64,000 nt of DNA from Squalus acanthias. Taxonomy: Eukaryota. The position numbers and the translations under genes were made by a program. Positions 28,451 through 39,455 of the stretch are shown here, piece after piece. The stretch spans positions 15,748,001 through 15,812,000 of the forward strand of contig CM059437.1 in assembly GCA_030390025.1 (NCBI GenBank), read 5' to 3'. The notes under the pieces were generated by a model. The model ran no database searches. It saw nothing but the letters and a program-made list of their open reading frames with translations, and was not told the DNA's origin. The first letter of the stretch is position 1. Each line of letters starts with the position of its first letter.

Positions 28451-28522
28451 CTGTAGTTCTTCTATTTTTGACAGATAATACTGGCGGAGGCCTGTACCGC
28501 CCTTTCCCTCTTCCAGGTCCAT
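28451..28522 (-). CDS. PSMC5: PSMC5 exon 2 ([24 protein letters not shown])
   Basis: 72 nt, AG/GT bounded; matches human [24 protein letters not shown]. Confidence 0.96.
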
Positions 28523-30727
28523 CTGAAATCAAAGCACACATACAATTAGCAAAAGTTGCTGAGACGACAAGGATACAACACAAAGGAAGGTTCCGCAAGT
28601 TACCGATTGCGGTGCCGATGCTCTGAACAGCTTTCCAACAGTGTGGCGAGAGATCAATGCACCTATCTGTATGGTAAAAATTAGAGAAACTACATGCTTG
28701 GCATTTGCAAACAAAACTGAAACAAAAGGAAGCTTACAGGGCAATACGTGCATTTACTTAGCACTTTGTCAAAACATCTCAAAAATTATTTTGCACAACA
28801 AGTTACTTTTGAAGAGTAGGGACTTAGATGGACAAAAACAGCAGTCTGATACCAGGATCAGTAACGAGTGGTACAGACCATCAAAAAGGCAAGAAACTTT
28901 TAGTGACTGTACTTCAAAAGCTAATCCACTGATTGTAAAGCATTTGGGACTTTTTACAGATGTAGAAAGGTGCTGTATACGTGCAAGTTTGTTCTTTTTA
29001 TGAATTTTACAAACTTTTATCACAGTATTCACAAAGAGAGCTAAAATTCAGGAAAAAATTCAGTTCTGCATGCAAACTACAGGCAGCAAATTCAGACCAC
29101 TAGCGATTCCTTGAAGGGAAAACCGAAAGGCAAACAGGCTTCTTTGACTTCTCTCTTGTATTTTTGTTTCTATTTGTCTCCCTAATTGTTAAGCGTCCAA
29201 GTCCAGATTTGAAATTTGGAGTAAATCAGATTCTGAGCTGTTCTGGATGGGAAAGGTCAGGGTTCAACACTTGGTATTACTAGTAATATTTTATACAGAG
29301 GCAAATATGCACACACAGTGCCTCCAACCAGAAACAGAACCTTAAAATTACTGTCTACTGTCAATTGCAATATACATATAGTTAAGAGATCCCAGAGGAC
29401 TGAACATTTAAATCACTACAGCACTGGCTTCCTGCCTTACAATTACAACACAAAATTGAATTTGAAGGGCCACGAATTGCAAGTGACGCCAAATTTCTAC
29501 CGCCCTCAATTTTCCGAGCTCATATCAACACAGCGTAACTAAAGGGGATTCGAGCTAAAGTTGAAAAATTATTCAGTCAGTCACCCCAATCCAGCATTTT
29601 GAAATGCACCTTCTGGGAATGAGGAGCGAGGCAAAAATCTTAAAAATATAAACTAATTCAGGTTAACAGTGTAAGTAACCCAATTTAAAAAAGAAAGAAG
29701 CCTCCCTGTTCAACTGCAGCAAGAGTCTGCATTTACAAATGCTGTGGAATCAAAGAAACAAGATATTTTAGCACTCAAACTTACCCGCATGGTGCTGGAG
29801 ATTGATGTTTTATATTTAGGAAAACAATTTTCTGGGCAATTGCAGATTCTTCAAGTCACTGAGACAATGCCTGCAGATTATAAGGAAAAGGTTACTGAAT
29901 TTCACAGTTACAATCACATTACTAGAGAAAGACGACCAGAATGTGAATAAGACAGCTTTATAATTGAATAGACTGGACATAACTGTGTGATGGGAAGAAT
30001 CCAGCTCAGTCAGCACTGTATGCCTCTGTGGAGCACTTTGAGACATTTTTCTGCATTAAAGATGCTGTATAAAGCTGTTGTGATGACTACTAGACACACA
30101 AAAAAGACACTCCTGCCTTTGAGCTTAAGTGCGCATATCCCGAAATCCATGGTCAGTTTTAAATTGCATAAAAGAATCTCACATAGATTCTATACAAATT
30201 TTGGTTATCTGCAAAATGGAGAATGCAGGAGGAAAACAAGACTAAGTGGTTTTGTAAGTCGTGGGAGGAAAGGGGATTTTTCCTCCTCCACCCACCACAC
30301 AGTACATCATGACAGATACTGTATCATCGAATTAAATATCAGTGTCAAGATGCCTTAAATCAACATCGACTCTGATGCGGATGCTTTTTCCATCAACAGT
30401 TATCAATTGATCGAAGTCTAAAGTAAAACTTAAAATTTTCAAATTCAACGACTTTCTGAAACCCTGTTCAGGTCACTGAGGAATGCCTTTAAAAACCGTA
30501 GTTTGCCTGCCAGCTTAGAACTTGGAACGTAGAAGATATGGGCAACAAAATATCCAATGGCAGAGTTATCAATACTGATAATCCCGCTCCCTGCCGATAA
30601 ATGTATTACTTTATACTCGATAAATGTATTCGATAAATGTACAGTATCAGATCTCTTAAGTCAGCCAACGTGCAATTAAGAGGAAGGCCAGTAGCTATCC
30701 AGAATCACCCAGGTATTGATTTAAGTA

Positions 30728-30930
30728 AGAAGTCGCACAACACCAGGTTATAGTCCCAACAGTTTTATTTGAAATCACAAGCTTTCGGAGCGGCTGCTCC
30801 TTCGTCAGGTGACGAAGGAGCAGCCGCTCCGAAAGCTTGTGATTTCAAATAAAACTGTTGGGACTATAACCTGGTGTTGTGCGACTTCTCACTTTTGTCC
30901 ACCCCAGTCCAACACCGGCATCTCCGCATC
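30728..30930. mobile_element. Fold-back Penelope-like fragment, family A copy 3
   Basis: 80-bp arms 30728-30807 and 30810-30889; 12-bp TSD TTGATTTAAGTA at 30716-30727 and 30931-30942. Confidence 0.85.
30775..30812 (-). ncRNA. Minimal type I hammerhead ribozyme motif, sense to PSMC5 pre-mRNA
   Basis: Minus strand reads tcac-CTGACGA-a-GGAGC(agcc)GCTCC-GAAA-GCTT-gtga. Confidence 0.75.
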
Positions 30931-30994
30931 TTGATTTAAGTAGTTCAATATTATATCAACCAGAATTTAATTTTGTTCCCAAGTGAAACAGCTC

Positions 30995-31390
30995 TTCCAA
31001 TGGCTCAGTGAACAATCACACCACGTGGTATATAACTAAGTTCAAGAGACCAGAAGGTCCCAGATTCAATTTCTGGGCTGCTGAGTTGGGCAATCTCAGT
31101 TACAGTGCAATTCGCCTCGACACATTTGAGCTAGGGAGGGGGCAAACAGAGAGAGGCCGGCTTACCACGCCCGATTATCAAATGTCTCTCGCTGCAAAGT
31201 GCATGTGTGCCAACATTGGACGACAAGATCGGGCTTGGTTGTGATGGTCCATGGTTAAACTGCCAACACTCACTGTTCATGCTCACTTATGAAAACTGGC
31301 CACTTGTGCAAGGTACAGGAGGGCTGCTAGCACCCATGGAATGATATTCTCCAGTAAGAGTGAGCATCTTCAGGAAAGGAGAGAAAATTG
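30995..31390 (+). mobile_element. Degenerate ancient SINE-like repeat
   Basis: Shared motifs with 9150-10190. Confidence 0.45.
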
Positions 31391-33276
31391 GCAAAAACTA
31401 AAACCACACACACTATTGTGTGCCGTTCATTAACATTTATCAACCACATATTATTACATTGCTGCAAGAAACACTGCAGTTGATTATCAGCCCAATAGAT
31501 TGGGATAGGGGTCATCAGGCAAATTTCCAGCTGACTTATTGGTTGACTGGGTTACCTGTCCCAATAAACAAAGCTGTTTCAGATGTTCCGGCTTGGACAT
31601 TGCAAAATTGAGGGCGCCCACAAGGAACAGACTGTGCCACAGTTCCGGAGACTGCCATCACTGGATAAGCGGAGGGTGAAACCTTTGTATGTTGCTATTG
31701 TAAAATGCTGAATGTTTTGGACAAATGCCCGGGCAATATGACATGGATACAATTCAGAGCAGGAGTCGTCGAACAGCAGAGATATAGTCATGAACACTGG
31801 GTGTCATTTGAACTACCTCTCTGTGTTAGTGCCGCTCCCCCACACTCAAAACTCCTACAAACCTGCAAAAAAAAATCAGGATGTATTAACAAAATGATTC
31901 AGAAAAAGTCAATTTAATTTATATAAGAATCAGCTTAAAATTTCAGTAGAAATGTTAAGTTTCCTTTCAACATTTCTATCACTTTGCAAAAAAAAAAGAG
32001 CTTCAAACAAACGCTCTTTGATCTCAAGAATTCACTGAATATTGACCAATTGCAGGAAAGCAGCCTAGTACAGCATTGGGTGGGTTTACTGACCAGTGAC
32101 TCCCTCAACGGTGAGTTATTATCGTATGATTTTACATACAACTCCTGCATTTTCCGCTCAAGACAAGTAAAACAGGTCAGCTGCTAGCAATCAAAAGTAG
32201 TTCACAATGAACTCAGTTGAATTCACTCTGGAAATGTGAAGGTTTTTTTGGCATTGGAGTGAACCAAGCTGTACTCATTGTGGAACAAGGGAAGCCACAG
32301 CTGTTATCTCCACAAGGTTTTGCAGAGTACTGACCTCTACTGGAAGCTAATATTACTGACCAAATTCCCCTCCGTGTTTTCCAGATGAAGCAGAACATGG
32401 AGGGAAGTTACCCAATTCTCTCTCTCCACCCCCCCCCCCCCCCCCCCCCCCAACCCGGACGAGTTTTTAAGCTGACAAACTCTGGAGAGTAACAATTTCC
32501 ACCGCTTACACCTCCTTTATTTTACAGCAACAATACTAGGATGTACACTGGGCAACACTGTTCTCACCAGAGGAACGGAGAACTTGACTGCAAAGGCAGC
32601 AGTTCCACCAACAGCACGTGTGAATTGTCACCACTGGTTCGTGCAGGCCTGCCTCAGTTATCGGGTGGGGGTGGGGGGGGGGGGGGGGGGAAGGGGAAAG
32701 TCTGGCAGCCTGAAAGGATAGATTGCCGACTTGATAGTGTCTTCATTCTTTGAATGAGATGGATCACCTACACACCATAGGCGCACACCATAGGAGTGTA
32801 GCCTAGCTTGATGGGTTCTGAGGAAACCACAAGCTGAACATGTACATGTAAAGACTGCTGTGATATCACAAGTAGGCAGCACTGCACAGAATTAACTACT
32901 CGTGTTGTATAAAGCTCCAGGATCTATGCCATTGCACCACCTTGCTTTGGCCAGAAGCTAAACGGAAAGTAACCAGCTACTTAATACTAATTCCACCACC
33001 CCCTTTATATCTTTCGCCCTCCAGATGGGTATGTATCGAAGAGCGATGAACCTGCCAGGCAGGTGCTCTTTCTTCTTCTTTCCACATCCTCCAAATGTCA
33101 TCGGAGCACATCAACACAGAACAACTTTAGGAGGATGACAGGGAGGCCCTCAGTTGTAACCATAACAACTGGCGTGAAAACTGACCTGCCAAAACACATT
33201 GTATGCTGCAGTTAAATCCAGATAGTAATAGTTTGTAGAACTGATCTACTTGGCAGCCTATCGTACCTTCTATAAA

Positions 33277-33525
33277 GAACCAAAAGCGACATGAGGAAAA
33301 ACTTTTTTATGCAACAAGTGGTTAGGATTTGGAATGCGCTGCCTGATACAGGTTCAATAGTAGCCTTCAAAAGGGAATTGGATAAATACTTGAAGGAGAA
33401 AAAACTGCAGGGATATGGGGAAAGAGCGGGGCAGTGGAACTAACTTGTTGCTCCTTGAAAGAGCTGGCGCAGACTCGATGGGCCAAATGGCCTCCTTCTG
33501 TGCTGTACTATTCTATGATTCTATA
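33277..33525 (+). mobile_element. CR1 3' end fragment
   Basis: gcagactcgatgggccaaatggcctccttctgtgctgtactattctatgattctat CR1-type tail. Confidence 0.8.
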
Positions 33526-33606
33526 ATCATATGCTGTCAATTGGAACCTGATTAATCGATGTCCAGGATGCAGCAATGGGACATGTGAAAGGACCTTTAC
33601 CCTGCA

Positions 33607-35516
33607 TATAGAAGATATGAGCAGGAGTAGGCCATTCGGCCCCTCGAGCCTGTTCCGCCATTTAATGAGATCATGGCTGATCATCCAAATTCAGTACCCT
33701 GTCCCTGCTTTCTCCCCATATCCCTTTAGCCTTAAGAAATATATCTAACTCCTTCTTGAATATATTTAATGAATTGGCCTCAACTCCTTGTGTGGTACAG
33801 AATTCCACAGGTTCACCACTCTCTGGGTGAAGAAATTCCTTCTCATCTCAGTCCTAAATGGCTTACCCCTTATCCTTAGACTGTGACCCCTGGTTCTGGA
33901 CTCCCCCGCCATCGGGAACATCCTTGCTGCATCTAGTCTGTCTAGTCCTGTTAGAATTTTATAAGTTTCAATGAGATCCCCTCTCATTCTTCTAAACTCT
34001 AGCGAATATAAGCCTAATCGACCCAATCTCTCCTCATACGTCATTCCTGCCATCCCAGGTATCAGTCTGGTGAATCTTCGCTGCACTCTCTCCATGGCAA
34101 GAACATCCTTCCTCAGATAAGGTGACCAAAACTGCACACAATACTCAAGGTGTGGTCTCACCAAGGCCCTGTACAACTGCAAGACATCCTTGCACCTGTA
34201 CTCGAATCCTCTCGCTATGAAGGCCAACATACCATTTGCCTTCTTAACCGCCTGCTGCACCTGCATGCTTACCTTCAGCGATTGGTGCACAAGGACACCC
34301 AGGTCTTGTTGCACTTCCCCTTTTCCCAATCTATTGCCGTTCAGATAATAATCTGTCTTCCTGTTTTTGCCACCAAAGTGGATAACCTCGCATTTATCCA
34401 CATTATACTGCATTTGCCATGCATCTGCCCAATCACCCAACCTGTCCAAATCATACTGGAGTTTCTCTGCATCCTCCTCACAGCACACACGCCCACCCAG
34501 CTTTGTGTTGTCTGCAAACTTGGAGATATTACATCTAGTTCCCTCATCTAGATCATTTATATATATTGTGAACAGCTGGGGTCCTAGCACCGATCCCTGC
34601 GGTACCCCACTAGTCACTGCCTGCCACTCGGAAAAAGACCCGTTTATTCCAACTCTTTGCTTCCTGTCTGCCAACCAGTTCTCTATCCAAGACAGTACCT
34701 TACCCCCAATCCCGTGTGCTTTAACTTTGCGTGCTAATCTCTTATGCGGGACCTTATCGAAAGCCTTCTGAAAGTCCAAATACACCACATCCACTGGTTC
34801 TCCCTTATCTATTCTACCAGTTACATCCTCAAAAAATTCCAGTAGATTCGTCAAGCATGATTTACCTTTTGTAAATCCATGTTGACTTTGTCCGATTCTG
34901 TCACTGTTTTCCAAGTGCTCTGCTATTACATCTTTTATAATGGACTCTAGCATTTTCCCCACTACCGATGTCAGACTTAATATAGTCTATAATTCCCCGT
35001 TTTCTCTCTCCCACCTTTTTTAAATAGTGGGGTTACATTAGCTATCCTCCAATCCATGGGAACTGTTCCAGAGTCTATAGAATTTTGGAAGATGACTAGC
35101 AATGCATCTACTATTTCTAGGGCCACTTCCTTAAGTACCCTAGGATGCAGATTATCAGGCCCTGGGGATTTATCGGCCTTCAATCCCATCAATTTCCCCA
35201 ACACCATTTCCCTACAAATACTGATTTCATTCAATTCCTCCTTCTCATTAGACCCTATGTTCCCCGACATCTCTGGGAGGTTATTTGTGTCCTCCTTTGT
35301 GAAGACAGAACCAAAGTATGTATTTAATTGGTCTGCCATTTCTTTGTTCCCCATTATAAATTCCCCTGATTCTGACGCTTGACTTCACCAATCTTTTTCT
35401 CTTCACATATCTATAGAAGCTTTTACAGTCAGTCAGTTTTTATGTTCCCTGCAAGCTTACTCTCATAATCTATTTTCCCCCTCTTAATTAATCCCTTTGT
35501 CCTCCTTTGCTGAATC
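33607..35516 (-). mobile_element. 5'-truncated CR1 LINE with interrupted RT ORF
   Basis: ORFs 33766-34962 and 34977-35354 (QHGFTKGKSCLTNL, YLDFQKAFDKVPH, GVPQGSVLGP); catalytic motif reads FADN instead of FADD. Confidence 0.95.
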
Positions 35517-36003
35517 CTTACAGCTTGGTAGCAAGTTAAATGCACTGAACCACCACTTTACTATCTAGAGCTTAGTCACTGGTTCGTCTTGGGTCTTTGC
35601 ACCACAGGAAACTAATAAGCCTTCTTAAACTACTCTATGAAAGAAACACGATATAACTTAGGGCTCTGCAAACATCTACGTAGTGCAAAAAATATTTCAT
35701 TTCTAATAAAAATAATGTGACTATTTCCTAACCCAAATGAAAAAGCAAATTGATATTAGTTCTATTAGTGAATAGCCTGTAAGAATTAATCAATGAATCT
35801 ACCACCTGGAATGGGAGATTCTGATCGAACAGCCATCATGTTTCAATAACTTGGGAATCAACTGGAATACATTTAGATTTGGATGCAATAATTGATCCCG
35901 CAACTCCGAGAGGATGTCTCTCTTATCAAGCAATGGAAACCCGCCTCTGCTCACTGCCAAATGTCTGAAATGGTTATTGTTCTGGAAAACTAAGGGTTAC
36001 CAG

Positions 36004-36169
36004 CAATGTTTCCTTTAAAAAAATTTGGGGGGCCACATGGCCCCTTTAATGGGCAGCATGGCCCATTCAAAATTCCGCGCTTGCGCAGTTTTTCTATTTA
36101 AAAGCCGGTGCACCAGCTGCGCGGGAGCTCGAGAGTGCCGCGCGACCACGCAGCTCGAAGGGAACATTG
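36004..36169. mobile_element. hAT-like MITE
   Basis: TIRs CAATGTTTCCTT ... AAGGGAACATTG; 8-bp TSD GTTACCAG at 35996-36003 and 36170-36177; related copy at 63008-63149. Confidence 0.8.
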
Positions 36170-36914
36170 GTTACCAGTATAACTTTCAACTTGGAAAATG
36201 TCCTTAACTGCTTCAAGGTAGACTTTCCACTTGGACCATGAGATGACCAAGAACACCTACTGCTATATTGTGCCCAGTTAAATGCTGAGCCAAGAGTAAG
36301 CTCATGGCCTGGACACCAGCATTCTAGTACGGTTGCATATGGACAAAAGGAACAGGCACTAGTTGATATAGTAGACCACCAGAATATTGCCTGACACTAC
36401 ACATACAAGATTACCTTGTACTGTGGACTGAAAATGATCCAGAACTAGTCTCACTGCCTTTAACTCAACTCGTGCTAAGAGGACCACTTATCGTTCACCA
36501 TCTCTGAACCTTGCTCTTTTCCAGATGAGTGACCCACCGGGTCTGATACCACTGCCAACTGTGGAGAAGGTGATGACGGGGAGGGACTGCCCAGAGCACA
36601 CAATCATCCGGTAACCACCATGTGAAGTCCAGTCACTGGTTGGTAAACAGACAGGAATGGGATTCTGAGAAGCTAATTGCCCAAGTCTGGATATACCTTA
36701 CATTCTGAATTATAAATTGACTATGGGCAAACACTTTGTAAAAAGCCCACATGTTTCTGAAGAGCAGTATCTTTGCCCCTAGTAAATTAACCTGAAAACA
36801 AGCAGTGGCATTTAATATACAAAAGTGTGGCCATTTTAGGTTTACGGCAGATAATCAGTCCTCTTGGCACAGTGACTGGATAATCTACAGTGTGACTATT
36901 TTGAATGTCAGCCA

Positions 36915-37360
36915 GTGGCTAGCACTCTCACCTCAATCAGAAGGTTGTGGGTTCAAGTCCCACTCCATAGACTGGAGCACAAAAATCTAGGCTGACACTC
37001 CAGTGCAGTGCTGAGCGGGTGCTACACTGTCGGAGGTGCCATCTTTCGGATGAGACGTTAAACTGGGGGCCCCGTCTGCCCTCTCAGGTGGACGTGAAAG
37101 ATCCCAAGGCACTATTTCGAAGAGGAGCAGGGGAGTTATCCCCGGTGTCCAGGGCCAATATTTATCCCTCAATCAACATCACTAAAAACAGATTATTTGG
37201 TCGTTAACACATTGCTGTTTGTGGGAGCTTGCTGTGAGCAAATTGGCTGCTGCGTTTCCCACATTACAACAGTGACTGCACTTCAAAAAAGTACTTCATT
37301 GGCTGTAAAGCACTTTGGGGACGTCCTGAGATCGCGAAAGGCGCTATATAAATGCAAGTT
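36915..37360 (+). mobile_element. tRNA-derived SINE (DeuSINE/SacSINE1-like) with L2-type tail
   Basis: B box GGTTCAAGTCC, central domain gatgagacgttaaac...aaagatccc, tail gcgctatataaatgcaag; several further copies in the window. Confidence 0.8.
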
Positions 37361-37764
37361 TTTTTTTGTTGCATTGTCAGTTTATGAACCTGAGGTCAGT
37401 ATTTTGATGATTACAAAAATACCTGGGATAGAAACCTGTTCTGTGCTGAGCAGGAGCCCCACCGCCGCTGATGTTAGCCTGGCTGGGCAGGCCGGCAATG
37501 CCAAGGCCCCACAGGTGGCTCAGACCACAGGAAAGGCCGGTGTGTGTATGAGGTGAGCAGAGCGGCCCCGGGGTGGGCCCAGGGATCTCCCCCCACAAAC
37601 CTCCGCCCGCCCCCGCGGCCTGAGCTCCAGACCCCCAGCCCAAGGCCTTACCTCACTAGCCAGAAAACCCTCCTGGGCGGGCCTCAGGTCTCGGACTGGG
37701 AGTGCAAGTCATGGCCGGGGCAAAGCGCGGCCGACTCCCATCACCCCGATCCCAGGCCCCTCAC

Positions 37765-37779
37765 CTCGACCACCTTCAT
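37765..37779 (-). CDS. PSMC5: PSMC5 exon 1 coding part (MKVVE)
   Basis: agaATGAAGGTGGTCGAG|GTGAGG within the CpG island; phase 0 join to exon 2 gives a 1212-nt CDS (403 aa). Sequence diverges from human MALDGPEQ, so less certain. Confidence 0.7.
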
Positions 37780-37891
37780 TCTCCCACCTCCCCGGCCCGG
37801 CCTCTCCTCCTCCCCGGTACATCCTCAGACCGCCAACCCGGCCCGGCCCAACTCACCCAAACCCGGCTTCGCCACCAGCTCCGGCCCAGCT

Positions 37892-38229
37892 CTGCGTCTT
37901 AAAGCGAGACTGTCCCGACCGTGCGTCTTAAAGCGAGACTGTCCCGACCGTGCGTCTTAAAGCGAGACTGTCCCGACCGTGCGTCTTAAAGCGAGACTGT
38001 CCCGACCGTGCGTCTTAAAGCGAGACTGTCCCCACCGTGCGTCTTAAAGCGAGACTGTCCCCACCGTGCGTCTTAAAGCGAGACTGTCCCCACCGTGCGT
38101 CTTAAAGCGAGACTGTCCCCACCGTGCGTCTTAAAGCGAGACTGTCCCCACCGTGCGTCTTCAAGCGACACTGTCCCCACCGTTCGTCTTCAAGCGACAC
38201 TGTCCCCACCGTGCGTCTTCAAGCGAGAC
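37892..38229. repeat. 29-bp minisatellite, about 11.7 copies
   Basis: Unit GTGCGTCTTAAAGCGAGACTGTCCC(G/C)ACC head-to-tail with no spacers. Confidence 0.97.
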
Positions 38230-38801
38230 CTACTACTGCACTTTTTCAAGTTCCTATTTCATTTTTATTAAAATTGGTTCATCAGCTTTTAGAACACTCT
38301 CCTCCAAAAAGCTGTTGAGACTGGGGGGTCAATTGAAATTTTCTAAATTGAGATTGATTTTTGTTAGGCAAGGGTATTAAGGGTTACAGAACCACCGTGG
38401 GTAGATGCAGCTATGAATGGCAGAACAGGCTGGAGGGGCTGAATGACCTGTTCTTGTTCCTATCATTACTTAGAAATGTATACATAAAAGTCATTGCCTT
38501 TGTATCGGCTTCATAGTAACAAATTACCACCTAATAGTAATGAAGGATTCTGCTTAAAACGCTAAACTATCTCTCTCTCTTCTAAATGCTGATCGGTCTG
38601 TTACATAATTCTAGCATTCTGACTTTAATTGACAATCTGTATCATCTGCCATACAGTTTAATCTTGAGCTTGTGCATAAATATGAAACAGACCCTCCATT
38701 TAGCTGTAAAAATGCTCAAACTATAATTATTCACCAATTGTAGAAAATGTCTACTTGCAAATGTGATATGTTTGAACAATGGCCAGCCAATGTGATATGG
38801 T

Positions 38802-39017
38802 CAGACTATTGCAAGATGCTGGAAATCTGATACAAAAGCAGAAAATGATGGACACACTCAGCAGGTCAGAGAGCATTCATCCAGAAAACACAAATCAGTT
38901 AGTGTTTGAGGTATAAACCCTTTTTCAGAATGGAGGGTTTATACCTGAAACATCAACTGATTCATGTTTTCCTGACAGATGTTGCCTGACCTGCTGAGCA
39001 TCGCCAGCATTTCCTGT
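38802..39017. mobile_element. Degenerate fold-back Penelope-like fragment, family B
   Basis: Inverted arms (gaggtataaaccct / agggtttatacctg); 14-bp direct repeat CAATGTGATATGGT at 38788-38801 and 39018-39031. Confidence 0.65.
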
Positions 39018-39144
39018 CAATGTGATATGGTGTCGGGTACCTCCAAGCAGTACTATGGATTTACCTAGCTTGGGAGCATTTAAAAAGTATTTCTTGGAAG
39101 ATACAAGGGGCAACCGCCCCAGCTGTTGATGCAGGGCAATATAA

Positions 39145-39455
39145 TGGAAGTGTTTAAATTTATGAAAAGGAAGATAGAAGCAGACCATTTCCAGTGGTTG
39201 AAGGTTCTAGAATGAGGGGCCATAGATACAAAATTTGTATCAAGATTTGTAAGAAGAGAGAGCAAGAGAAACATATTTACACAGAGTTGCGAGGTTGTGG
39301 AATTCACTTCCAGGATTAGTGGTCGAGACAGAAACTATGCCAACATTCAAGATTAGATTGGATAAGTGGATGTAAGAAAAGTGGATGAAAGGGGTAAATG
39401 TTATTAGGACTATTTTCTCAGACTGGTTGGGCAAATGGGGCCTGTTTGTGTTGAA
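39145..39455 (+). mobile_element. Degenerate CR1 3' fragment
   Basis: ctagaatgaggggccatagatac...tttacacagagttgcgaggttgtggaattcacttcc. Confidence 0.6.

Larger units (their letters stand above)
37450..38230 (-). promoter_or_regulatory. PSMC5: CpG island and promoter of PSMC5
   Basis: Strongly GC/CpG-rich non-transposon block surrounding the first coding exon. Confidence 0.8.

Noticed and set aside
32428-32697. Poly-C and poly-G tracts (also 9966-9988 and 55540-55555) as G-quadruplex or pairing elements
   Set aside because: Simple homopolymers scattered through the window with no supporting context; lengths may be unreliable.
33766-34962. 398-aa ORF as an active or domesticated reverse transcriptase
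   Set aside because: 5'-truncated, interrupted relative to the upstream ORF, and catalytic FADD reads FADN.
37544-37960. Proline-rich plus-strand ORF at the promoter
   Set aside because: Expected by-product of GC-rich and tandem-repeat sequence; no recognisable domain.
37892-38229. CRISPR-like array of 29-bp partly palindromic repeats
   Set aside because: Units are contiguous with no unique spacers, there are no cas genes, and the context is eukaryotic; it is a minisatellite.
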